The notes beneath the pieces were generated by a model. That model had not been told where the DNA came from. It did no database searches and saw nothing but the letters and a program-made list of their open reading frames with translations. A DNA stretch of 64,000 bases from Paraspadella gotoi. Taxonomy: Eukaryota > Animalia > Chaetognatha. The translations under genes were made by a program, and so were the position numbers. The DNA is taken from the NCBI GenBank assembly GCA_051294375.1, contig CM119263.1:3804785-3868784 (forward strand), read 5' to 3'. Below, one piece after another: positions 53,331-64,000 of this stretch. Every line of letters starts with the position of its first letter. Position 1 is the first letter of the stretch.

Positions 53331-53868
53331 TCTCCTCTCTCTCTCTCTCGTTTTCTCTTTCTCTCTCTCTTTTTTTCTCTCTCTTTTTTTTTTGTCTCTC
53401 TTTTTTCTGTCTCTCTTTCTCTCTCTTTCTCTCCCCTCTCTCTTTTCTCTCTCTCTCTCTCTATCTCTCTCTCCCTCCCTATCTTTAAAAGTTTTGAATC
53501 ACCGCTAATTTTGTCTCGTTCATTAACAACGCGTTAAATCTTGACCTCTCTACAGGCGGATCGCGTGCGCTGCCTTCTCGGTGAGGTCACTTCCGGTGGG
53601 CGTGGCAGTAATGAGCCGCGTCTAGTGCTGCGGACGACGCGGGCGCTGGTCCCGGGTGAGGTTCTCAAAGTCTGGTACGGCGCAGCTGTGAGGAGAGAGA
53701 TCAAGCTGCCTTTCCTAACCTCCAAAGACATTAAGGGTAAATAAAAGGCAGGGAAGTTTTTTAATTTTGATTTTTCGATTCTTTTATAATGTATACATGT
53801 CAAGGCGATTAAGCCTTTAAATTACTGTTGTTATATTATTTTTATTATCATTATTTTATTATAACTAC

Positions 53869-53946
<78 letters not shown>

Positions 53947-53960
53947 CATAATTATTATTA

Positions 53961-54000
<40 letters not shown>

Positions 54001-54065
54001 CATTATTATTATTATCATTGGAGAGTATTATTGTTATTATTATTACTATTATTATTATTATTATA

Positions 54066-54134
<69 letters not shown>

Positions 54135-54959
54135 ATTATTGTTATTATTATTACTATTGTTATTGTTATTATCATTATTATTATTATTTGTTTGATCTTG
54201 CGCTGACAAGAACGAAATATTTCGGCCAATGTCAACAGCAAATGTCTATGTCTATGTCAATAATGACATAGACGACGACATCAACAACAACATCAATGAA
54301 AACAAGATAGGCAACAACAACAACAACATTAATCTCTCCTCAGGCGAAAACGACTACTGTTGCTCCTTCTGCGACCAAAAGTTTCAACATCCGAACCCAT
54401 TGAAGGCGCATCTTCTTTATCGCTGCAGCGGCGCCGGCCTTTTTCCGCCGGCGCCGCAACCCGCCTCGCATCCGGCGCCGCATTCAGCGCCGCAGCCGGC
54501 CGATTTTCGCGCGGTGGCTTCCCTCGCGACTCCGGCCTCGACATCCGTCGGCCACAGGGTCCTTCAGCCCAAGCCCGTTCGGCTGCGGCCGGGGCAGGCG
54601 CGCCCTTCCGCCGATGGGATCGTCGACGTGCGTCCCTTCGCTCCTCCTCTTCCTCCTCTTCCTCCCTTCCCCCTCGATTCTCCTCCTCTTCCTCTTCACC
54701 TTAACAACCCCTTTCGGCCTCCTCTTCCTCCTCCTTCCATCTTCTCTTACCCACCTCATTTAATTCCTTACCTTCCCTACTTTTCCAGCCCCATGTTTCT
54801 CCGGTTTTTCGAGATGCAGGTGAGTTAATTATTCCAGTTATTATTAAAATTAATATAATTAGTATTTAATTGTTTATAATTAGTAATTAGTAGGAAACGC
54901 TACTATTATAATTAGTCTCCTAATAATTCATTAAATGTGTATCATATTATATGTATCTG

Positions 54960-55054
<95 letters not shown>

Positions 55055-55347
55055 CATTAAAATTAACAAAAATAGTACAATATATACACAATACAATATG
55101 AATAATAATAAAAATGATACAAACTTTAATACCAAAATAATAGTACTATTAAATAATAAATTACAATTTAGGCAGCGGCGTCGGCAGCAGCTTCTGCGTC
55201 GGCAGCGTCGGCGCCGTCCGCAATGCAGGCAGAGTCGACAGCAAAAGCAGCGTCGGCAGCGACGGCAGCGTCGGCTGCGTCGAGTGAACTTAGTCCAAAA
55301 GAGGAAATCGAAACGTCGACTGGAACAAATTTTAACTTTAAAATAGG

Positions 55348-55438
<91 letters not shown>

Positions 55439-56482
55439 GATTGATTGATTGATTGATTGATTGATAGATGGTTACTTATTTATAATTTACGTTAAAACTG
55501 TTAAATAACGTATAGACAGAATAATAAAAAAATGATAGGAAATTGTAATCGGGTAGTCAGATAATGGTAAAAACGAATATAGTTTTTTTCTCCTACCTTT
55601 CGCTTTATCTTTTGATTGTATACGATTTATATAAACTCTAAGATTAATTGAATTATCCTGACAGATTTGATTTGTGTTAGAAGCTTTTTTTTTAAAATAA
55701 AAGATCGCTTTCTCATCTTTTATGAGAAGTTTTGTTTATGATTGAAGATGTGTTGTAAATATTTTTCTGTTCTTTATCAGAACAAATGTTTTTTAAATGA
55801 TTGACCGACCAAATTGAATTTTAGAGTTCGGGTCTGCTACTTTAATTAAAATGTTCAAACTAGGCCATGGTTAATTGGACGGTGGGCCTTTAGACAACGT
55901 ATTATGAAACTACTGTGTAGTCCTCGTTTGTTATTCAAAGTTTTCACACTATGATGGCGTTTGGGAGATTTTACTTACCTAATCATGTTTTTTTTTCTTG
56001 TAGTGTCAAAGAAATGGACCTTAACGGCTCCAGTTGATAACTAATATCACGTAATTTTTCAATTATAAAGTAATCGTTGAATAAATTAAACAATTCTTAG
56101 ATTTCTTACACTCTTATTGATGTTCCAATAACCCAAAAAAATCATTATGATAATAAAATCGGACACTGCAATATGCAAATGAGAATAAATCTTGAGTGAA
56201 TTTGATGATTAAAAAGTGGTTTTGCAATTGATTTCTGATATGTATTCGATTTGTTTGATTTGTAGGATCCCCCCAATCGATGCTACCTTCCCCAACTCGC
56301 CCGCCCTCCGGACACGCTCCTCCTCCTCCTCCTCCTCCTCCTCCTCCTCCTTCCATGATGCTTTCCCACATCACAGAGTTTCCCGAGGATCCCGCCGCCT
56401 TCGAGAATTTGATATCGAATCTCCCGACGAACCTCAATTATGCAGGTGAGAGGATGAGGGGGGGAAGGGGAGGAAAAAGGGG

Positions 56483-56513
<31 letters not shown>

Positions 56514-57528
56514 GAAAAGAAAAGAAAAGAAAAGAAAAGAAAAGAAAAGAAAAGAAAAGAAAAGAAAAGAAAACACAGATAATGAGGAGAATGCTATGCT
56601 ATATGCTAGTATAATTTATCCCCTAAGGTCCGATGAGACGCAAAGGCGGTTCGGCGCCAAAACGACATCCCTGCGTTTATTGCGGAAAACTCTATTCACG
56701 AAAATACGGACTCAAAATTCACTTGAGAACTCACACGGTGGGTGAAATTTTTAGGAACAATGATATGCATCTTCCAATCGCATATTTTTTTCATTTGTTT
56801 ATTTTTTGGTCAAACTCTCAATGCTCTGTACCTGCTGATGCTCCTGTTCTTTCTTTCCCAATATTTTTTTTTCCTCCTTTAACTGTTTCTCATTCTAGAT
56901 CTACAAATGCTTGGTTTAAATGATAAAACCTTTTTTTTTTTTTACAAAAAAACTATTTTTTATTAAGCTTAAATTTTTGAACCCGAAGACTGACAGCCCG
57001 AATAGCCTTTTGTTCAGTTACATAATTTTAATTTTTTATTTTGTGTGATAATCCTTTCTTTTTGGTTGTGATGGAGATTAGGAACAGAATTTGATAATTG
57101 GCCACAACAATTTGTTTCTGAATGAAACGTACATGTTTCGGCTCTAACTATACCGTATCTTTTGTTAATTACTGCAAATCTATAAACTTAGATTGAACAT
57201 ACTTACGTACCTACAATTGTACATAAATGAGAACATATCAAAGTCATCCGCGTGTTTTCATCTCTAGTCCAATCATAAGCGGCCAACCTTTCCCTTTCTC
57301 CAGGGCTACAAACCCCTCAAGTGCAAGGTGTGCCTCCGCCCATTCGGCGACCCATCCAACCTCAACAAGCACGTCCGCCTCCACACCGAGGGCGACACTC
57401 CTTACAAGTGCCTCTACTGCGGAAAGGTTTTGGTCCGACGAAGGGATTTGGAACGGCACGTCAAGTCCAGACATCCCGAGACATTGGCCAGGGGCGGAGG
57501 AAGGAGCAGGACAGGGGTGGTGGAGTGA
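47155..57528 (+). CDS. PRDM13: PR/SET domain zinc-finger transcription factor, PRDM13-like
   Basis: Exons about 47155-47486, 52879-53016 (WNHVTGARDAKEQN, PR motif), 53556-53736 (RALVPGEVLKVWYG), 54344-54819 (CSFCDQKFQHPNPLKAHLLYRC plus Pro-rich), 55172-55283 (tentative, Ala-rich), 56266-56445, 56628-56737, 57304-57528. The C-terminal fingers HPCVYCGKLYSRKYGLKIHLRTHTGYKPLKCKVCLRPFGDPSNLNKHVRLH...CGKVLVRRRDLERHVKSRHP match the PRDM13 signature as I recall it. The first exon needs a 1-nt correction. Confidence 0.93.
51990..52298 (+). repeat. second dispersed repeat family, copy 3
   Basis: Collinear similarity. Ends in a palindromic hairpin CGCGAGTACTCGCG within AGTTGC...GCAACT. Confidence 0.68.
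53865..54187. repeat. (ATT)n microsatellite in a PRDM13 intron
   Basis: Trinucleotide run; similar (ATT)n at 54960-55055 and (ATG)n at 39270-39520. Confidence 0.97.
57040..57145 (-). mobile_element. truncated Penelope-like/hammerhead remnant in the last PRDM13 intron
   Basis: GAAACGTACATGTTTCGGCTCT (57124-57145) is identical to 18944-18965. Shares the ATCCTTTC...GTTG terminus; the CUGAUGA half is missing. Confidence 0.68.
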
Positions 57529-59952
57529 AAAAGAGTGGAAGATATAAAGGGTATAGAAATTACATGACGGTATAGAAAAGAAATAGGAAAAAAGATGAGA
57601 TGAACAAGGGAATGAGATAAGATGAGAAAGGGAAAGAGCTGAGATAAGAAAGGCAAAAAGAGAGGGATGTTACGAAGCAAACAATAATGTTCACCACGCC
57701 GTATTCTACAACGTTCTTTTTTCTGACTGTCTTCATCATTATTCTGTTAATTGGCTTGTTTTTGTAAAGAGTATGAATAAAAAATTAACGAAAGTTTGAA
57801 CGAAACGCCGGCATGCTTTTTTTAGTCAGTTCTATCTGGAAGGAATTGCAGATAAAAACAAATTTAGAATATATATGAACTTATATGAACGGTAATATAT
57901 TTATTACATTAATTAAAGAGTTGAACTTCATTCAACCTGTTCGGACTTTTTTTCATTATCTCCATGCATATGCTTGACAAGAATAGTGAGGTTAACAGGT
58001 TAACGAACTTTGACTCAAAAAAGACACGGCTAAGAATCTCACCATATCTCACAAGAGTCATGAAGTATGATTTATTTAGAGATGGATTCTGCCATTCCAT
58101 AAGTTCAACCCGCATGTAAGCATTACTCTTTCAGGTGTTACCCGGTGGCTCATTGAGCTCATGCCCAACCCAGTCGCTGCCATGCGGGAAGCGTGAACAC
58201 GCCCGTAAAACGTCTTGGGGCCTGGAAAACCATCAAGCCTAGTTCCAAGCTCAGGACCACACGAAAGAATATTTTTTAACGAACTTCTTAATTATGAGTT
58301 AAATATTTTATGAGAGAAGTTAAAACGACAAACTTAGTTTGAAGCAATTCATAACATAAAACGTTGGAGCTAACTTTTGTTTTTATTTTCTCCGAACTTC
58401 ATCACAAAATTAGTCGCTCCCTCTCTATATTGTGATTAAAAATAGATTTTTAGCGCAGTTCAAAAGTTTGACTCTCACTGCAATTTAACTAAGACATTAT
58501 GGCAGCAATAATGATAAAGTAGTAAGTTAACATTTTTTCCTTAACCTAGCAACCATTTAAACAATTTCTCGTACAAGAGAATTTTTTTTAAAATAGAAAC
58601 TCTGTAAGTCATTTGTTTCAGAAACAGTCCATTCATGAATCAACCAGACAGGCAGTCTTGTTCTGCTGAATGCATTTTTTTAGAGAAAACCTTCGTTAAT
58701 ACTCGTTTGACCAAAAGACTGTTTACTTTCGTCCGAATTTTCGCCAATAAACTTTGAACGGAAAACTGTATAACCTTGAACGGTGAGTGAACTTTGCCAA
58801 AAATCATTAATTTATGCAGTCTCATTATCATATTGCTCTTGGTCGTTTATCACAAGCTTAAATTATTAATATATTCGGGAGATCAGCTGTTTGAAAAACA
58901 TTGAACACGAATCCTGGAATTTTAAAGAGAACTTTCTGAGATTAGTTATTAATGAAGGAAAGCCAAAAAATTCGAAATACTAAAAAATCAAAAATAACGT
59001 AAACATATTGTCACAAATTGTCACCACTCTTACAATATTTATGTTAGCAAATACGCTTTAAATAAGCAAGAAATGTGAGAGACAATAATATTTACAATTG
59101 GATTTTAATTCCAAACTTTCAACGCATGCAATCAAAAGATTGGCAAACTTGTTAGATATTTGGGATAGATTATTTTGGTTGCCACCATTTACTCTTGAAA
59201 AAAGGTGAAAAAAAGTTGAAGATGCATTTAAGGGTATTTGTGGAGAATGTAAAATCAACGAAAAATATCTCAAATATTCGTCGGAAATATTCCGACCTGA
59301 CAAGTAATACCGAAAAAGTCCCACCGTAGTAAACGTAAACTAGATAATTTTTTATTCGAAGCCTGGAAAACTCTAAAACGGTAGGACGGGATTGAACACA
59401 AATGGAGCTCAATTTAAAAAAAAAAAAATAAATAAATATTGTTAAAATTCTCATATTTCCGAGTAAATCTGACCGAGGGCTATCGTGGTCATCGTCGTCT
59501 TCATCGTCATCGTCGTCGTCATCGTCGTCTTCATCGTCATCGTTGTTGTGGTCTTAGTCGTTGTTGTTTTCGTCGTCGTCGTCGTCGTCGTTCGTTCGTC
59601 TTTGTCGCTCGCTTCCGGAATGTAGTCGGTTCAACCGCCTTAGTTTTCTGTGGGAATTGTTAGTGGCACTACAACTGAAAGGCAGCTGCGGCTATGGGCA
59701 TCTTGAAGGCGGCCGCTGCGGGGCGGCCCTCCGGCAGGGCTGCCGCGGCGGCTCGGGCCTCTCAAACGCGGAGACACTGAGCATCAGTCCTAAGGTCGGT
59801 GCAAGAGAGAGAGAGAGGGATAGGGAGAGAGAGAGAAAGAGAGAGACGAGCGCCGAAGAGCGAGAGAGTGAGGAAGATGAGAGAGGGAGAGGAGAGAGAG
59901 AGAGAGATGATGAGAGATGAGAGGGACGACGGAGAAGGAGAGTGAGAAGGCA

Positions 59953-59985
<33 letters not shown>

Positions 59986-59999
59986 TGCAGAACAGAGAG

Positions 60000-60035
<36 letters not shown>

Positions 60036-60272
60036 AGAGAAATCTTGCTATCCTTCGCTATCCTTCGGTTGGCCGTTCGCGGAGAGAAGAAAGATGGGGA
60101 GTAGGCCTGACATCGACTTTCATATAAAATTTAAAAAAAGTTAAAATTTGCAATTAGTATTTTTCATTGTCCGTTAAAGAATTTTTACATCAATATCTTT
60201 AACGGGAAATGGACATTTATTTAATTTCTAGAAAAGTAATTTTTATAAAGTATAATGAGTTTGTTTTTGATT

Positions 60273-60359
<87 letters not shown>

Positions 60360-60447
60360 GCTCTTCGTCCCCCTACTACCTCCAAGACCATGAAAATCCT
60401 TCTTTTCTGTTTTTTTCTCTGCACGCGCATAAAATTCCACCGCTCGA

Positions 60448-60526
<79 letters not shown>

Positions 60527-60694
60527 ACACACAGCACGCGCGTGAATCCGCTCCGCCCACCCCACCTCCCCCCTTTTCTCCTAAATCCTTTTTTTCTCTC
60601 ACGTGATTCAACGAAGAATCCGTCGTGAGTTGAATCCTCTGTTCACCACCGAAGGCAATTTCCCTTTCTCGTCGTCGTCGTCGTCGTTGTCGTT

Positions 60695-60726
<32 letters not shown>

Positions 60727-61360
60727 AGGCGTCGACCCTTTCCTCCGCTTCGGTTCTCTATCTTTGTTTTAAATTTTTTTTTTTCACTTTTCTGCAAAAA
60801 AGTGAATAATTTTCGTTTTGTGAAAGTCGACTTTTGAATCACGAACGCATTCACAGTTCTCAAACAACGAAGCTCACTATTGACCTTCGTGTGACGCCGT
60901 TACGGTCCGCGTCGGTATATTTTCGCGAATGAGAGACACGCCCATTTCCGCGTCAAATTCTAAACCGTTTAGAAAAAAACGAAACGAAACAATATACATA
61001 CAAGAAAATCCCGAGAAAGATAAAAAGATTTAATATTTTTCTTTTTTTTCTACCTTCAATTTTACACTTTCATATTCACATTTACCTTTGATGTTTACAC
61101 AAATCATCACTCAATAACAAAACCTATACTCCCTCTTACAGAATCGTTACCTTTTGTCGACGTCGACCACAAATTGTTAAATCAAATTCTGCCACGCCCA
61201 TCCTGACGTCGTATCCCTTAGTTCTGAGAGACCCAAACCCCTGACACTTAAAACTCACCCCCGGCGCCAACAGCGGCGCCCAAACCCTTTCCAACCGACG
61301 CCGCCTCGCCCGGCGCTCCTCGCGGGCGACGGCGCCCTCGCTCGGGACGCGTCATGAGCG

Positions 61361-64000
61361 ATGGAGGCGCCGGCAGCGCCGCGGGCGAATGAAGGACGGC
61401 GCCCCAGCGACGCCGGTCAAGAAGGCGCCTTGAATCACGCCTCACTTCTCAAGCAGGTGAGGATTGGGATTAGAGAAAGGGAGAGGGGAGAGGGTCAGTT
61501 ATAGAAGAGAAAAAAATCAATGAATGCGGCGGCAACTTGGTGAGATATAGTTTATTAGTGCTTAATATTTGACGAGTGAGTTTGTTCATAGACTCACCAG
61601 TCACCACTTGCTGACCTCGGTGAAAAGCAAATTAGGACTAACATGAGGCAGAAATATTCTACAATGCAGGCGTAGTAGTAAATTGCAAAAAAGTAAATAA
61701 ATAAAAATATGTATAAATATTAAATGAATTCTACTCGAGGCGAAGCTGATGTCAATTAGTTTGGGATGATTTAAGTAGGAAATGAAAACTTTCAACCTTG
61801 ATTTGGATTAGTGATGCTAAGCTATCATCCTTACTACTTTCTCAGTTAAGGTCAATGAACCTGAGAGAAAAAATGTTCTGTTCAGAAAATGTCGGAAAAA
61901 AAATGGTGAAATATTTATTTATTCAAAATATGTAAACATTTGGACATTAAAAATGTGAAAAGCAACAAAACTTTATGGGGTGGTTGCCATATTAGTTTTC
62001 AAGGTGTTGTCTTTATCGTTACCGCCATTAGGTGCACCTTTTTTTACGTTTATTTTTTATTCCACAATCGATTCAACAAACAATTTTTACATCGATTTTT
62101 ATTTAATTTACTAAGAATTCAGCGCCTTACTTCTAGTCCGTTTACCACACCAAATTATTTTATACATTGTGAAATTTAACCTAAGATTTTACATCCAATT
62201 AGCTTCGTTTTCATCCTATTATTTTACCTAATTTCCTAACAACAAATAAGCTAACGATTTCTCCCGCCCTCCACCCAATTAGCTAACTATTTCTCCCACC
62301 TTCCAACCAATCAGATAACGATTTCTTCCCCCCTCCAACCAAGCAGCACACAGATTATCTTTATTTTCTAGCTAATCAACTAGCAAGTTACCAACCAACC
62401 AATAAACAAACAGTTACTCACCCCCAAATTAACCAACGATTTACCCCTATCCCCCAACCAATCAGCTAACCGTTACTCTCCAACCAATTAGCTAATTTTT
62501 ACCCTCCAACCAATCAGCAAACTATTCCCCTTACCCTCCAACCAATCAGCAAACGATTTTCCTAACCCTCCAACCAATCAGGACCCGATGATTTCCGGTC
62601 AAGATTCCGAGGGTGGCGCCGGCCTCTCTGCCTTCGGCGCCAACACAATCGCTTCCATTCAAGATCAACTCATGGCAGCCGTCGGCTCGTTGCAAGGTAA
62701 GTAATTAAAGAGTAAGTTATTAAATCTATAATATAAATATATAATAAATATATCCATTCTTTTAATAAACAAGCTTTAACTCCTGACTATCTTTTGAAAT
62801 CGGTCTAATATACATAATAATTTCATATCAACTCAGGCGGCGCTTCCTACGCTTCCATCAACAACCTGTTAGGGTCGAACCCGGCGCTTTTTTCGACGGC
62901 GCGATCGCAGTCCGGCGTCTCAAGTCAGGTCGACACCCCCCTGAGCCTCCAATCACCCGGCGCCGCTCAGCAGACGGCGCCACAAAATCTTCTCGTCTCC
63001 AACGGACAAAGTGAGGATAGCCGGGAATTCGGGTTGGGGGCTTTGATTACGATTAGGGCTTTGCATATGATTAGCCTCTATGACGATTAGGGCTTTGATT
63101 ACGATTAGGGCTTTGATTAAGATTAGGGCTCTATTACGATTTAGTGCTTTGATACGATTAGGGCTTTGATAACGATTAGGGCTTTGATTACGATTAGGGC
63201 TTTGATTATGAATTAGGCCTCTATGACGATTAGGGCTTTGATTACGATTAGGGCTTTGATTACGATTAGGGCTCTGATTACGATTAGGGCTTTTTGATTA
63301 CGATTTAGCGGCTATTTGATAACGATTAGGGCTTTGATTACGATTAGGGCTTTGATTGGGGTAAGGATTGTGACTTTTATTGTGGCTCTGAATCGGGGTT
63401 TTTGTTTCGATTTTGATATTGAGGCTTTGATTCCGGATTAGATTGGGTCTTTGATGGGTCTTTGACTAGGGCTATGATTGGGGCTCCGATTAGGGCTGTG
63501 ATAAGTCTTTCATTGGAGGTTTGATTCGAGCTTCTAGGGGCGCTATGATTGGGACTCTGATTTTGGTTTTCATTGGTGTTTTGATTGGGGCCCTAATTTG
63601 AAGTTTGATTGGGACTTTGGTTGGGGCTTTGATTGGGCTTTGGTTTGTGGCTTGGATTAGTGATTGCATTGGTCGATTTTGGAGTTAGTATTGCGGTTGG
63701 GATTGGGAATTTGATTATCTAGAAATGTGGCGAAAAGGATAGAATAATTAAAGAATAAAAATGAACGTGAATGAATGAAATTTCATCATCGTAAATTCCG
63801 ATTGCAGATGGAAGCGCTCTTCAGCAATTCGTCATTCCATCGTCGACGTCGAATCAGCAATTTCAGCAACAGATACAGCAGCAACAGCAACAGTTACAAC
63901 AACAACTGCAACAGGCTGCCGATCAGCAGCAGCAACAGCAGCAACAACAGCAACAACAACAACAGCAGGAACAACAACAACAACAACAACAAGAGGCTCA
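61361..64000 (+). CDS. 5' part of a glutamine-rich (polyQ) protein, possibly a transcriptional regulator; runs off the window
   Basis: Phase-compatible GT-AG exons 61361-61456 (MEAPAAPRANEGRRPS...LLKQ), 62582-62696, 62837-63010 and 63808 to beyond 64000 (mixed CAG/CAA polyQ). No recognisable domain within the window. Confidence 0.78.
62245..62581. repeat. degenerate ~30-bp tandem repeat CCCTCCAACCAATCAGCTAAC
   Basis: About 10 units; the last unit supplies the AG acceptor of exon 62582. Confidence 0.85.
63040..63357. repeat. 18-bp intronic minisatellite TTACGATTAGGGCTTTGA
   Basis: About 17 units, decaying into a G/T-rich degenerate tail to about 63700. Confidence 0.95.

Noticed and set aside
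59610-59800. RNase P/MRP, 7SK or telomerase RNA
   Set aside because: I could not find their conserved motifs (CR-I/CR-V, GATC stems, CTAACCCTAA template).
63040-63357. Telomere or CRISPR array
   Set aside because: TTAGGG occurs once per 18-bp unit, there are no unique spacers, and the array is intronic.

Overview
AT-rich, microsatellite-laden animal (metazoan) genomic DNA with spliceosomal introns and three assembly gaps (about 4083, 21712, 39790). Most listed ORFs are simple-repeat artefacts. Manual exon reconstruction supports these genes: a tandem cluster of three divergent 4-EF-hand (calmodulin-like) genes (minus strand, 13.8-24.2 kb); one 4-exon, 839-aa multi-pass membrane gene with an XK-related (Xkr)-like N-terminal half (26.4-34.2 kb); two tandem EamA/DMT (SLC35G-like) transporter genes, one frameshifted (41.8-45.7 kb); a PRDM13-like PR/SET zinc-finger gene (47.2-57.5 kb); and the 5' part of a polyQ protein gene running off the window. 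The mobile fraction is rich. It includes Penelope-like remnants carrying a minimal type I hammerhead ribozyme (best copy about 18.9 kb, with inverted repeats and a 14-bp target-site duplication), a tRNA-Gly-derived SINE-like family with a conserved 5' leader, Tc1/mariner-type and hAT-type MITEs, and Helentron/DINE-1-like elements with internal 17-18 bp arrays, several of them nested. All family assignments come from motif recognition by eye, not database searches.
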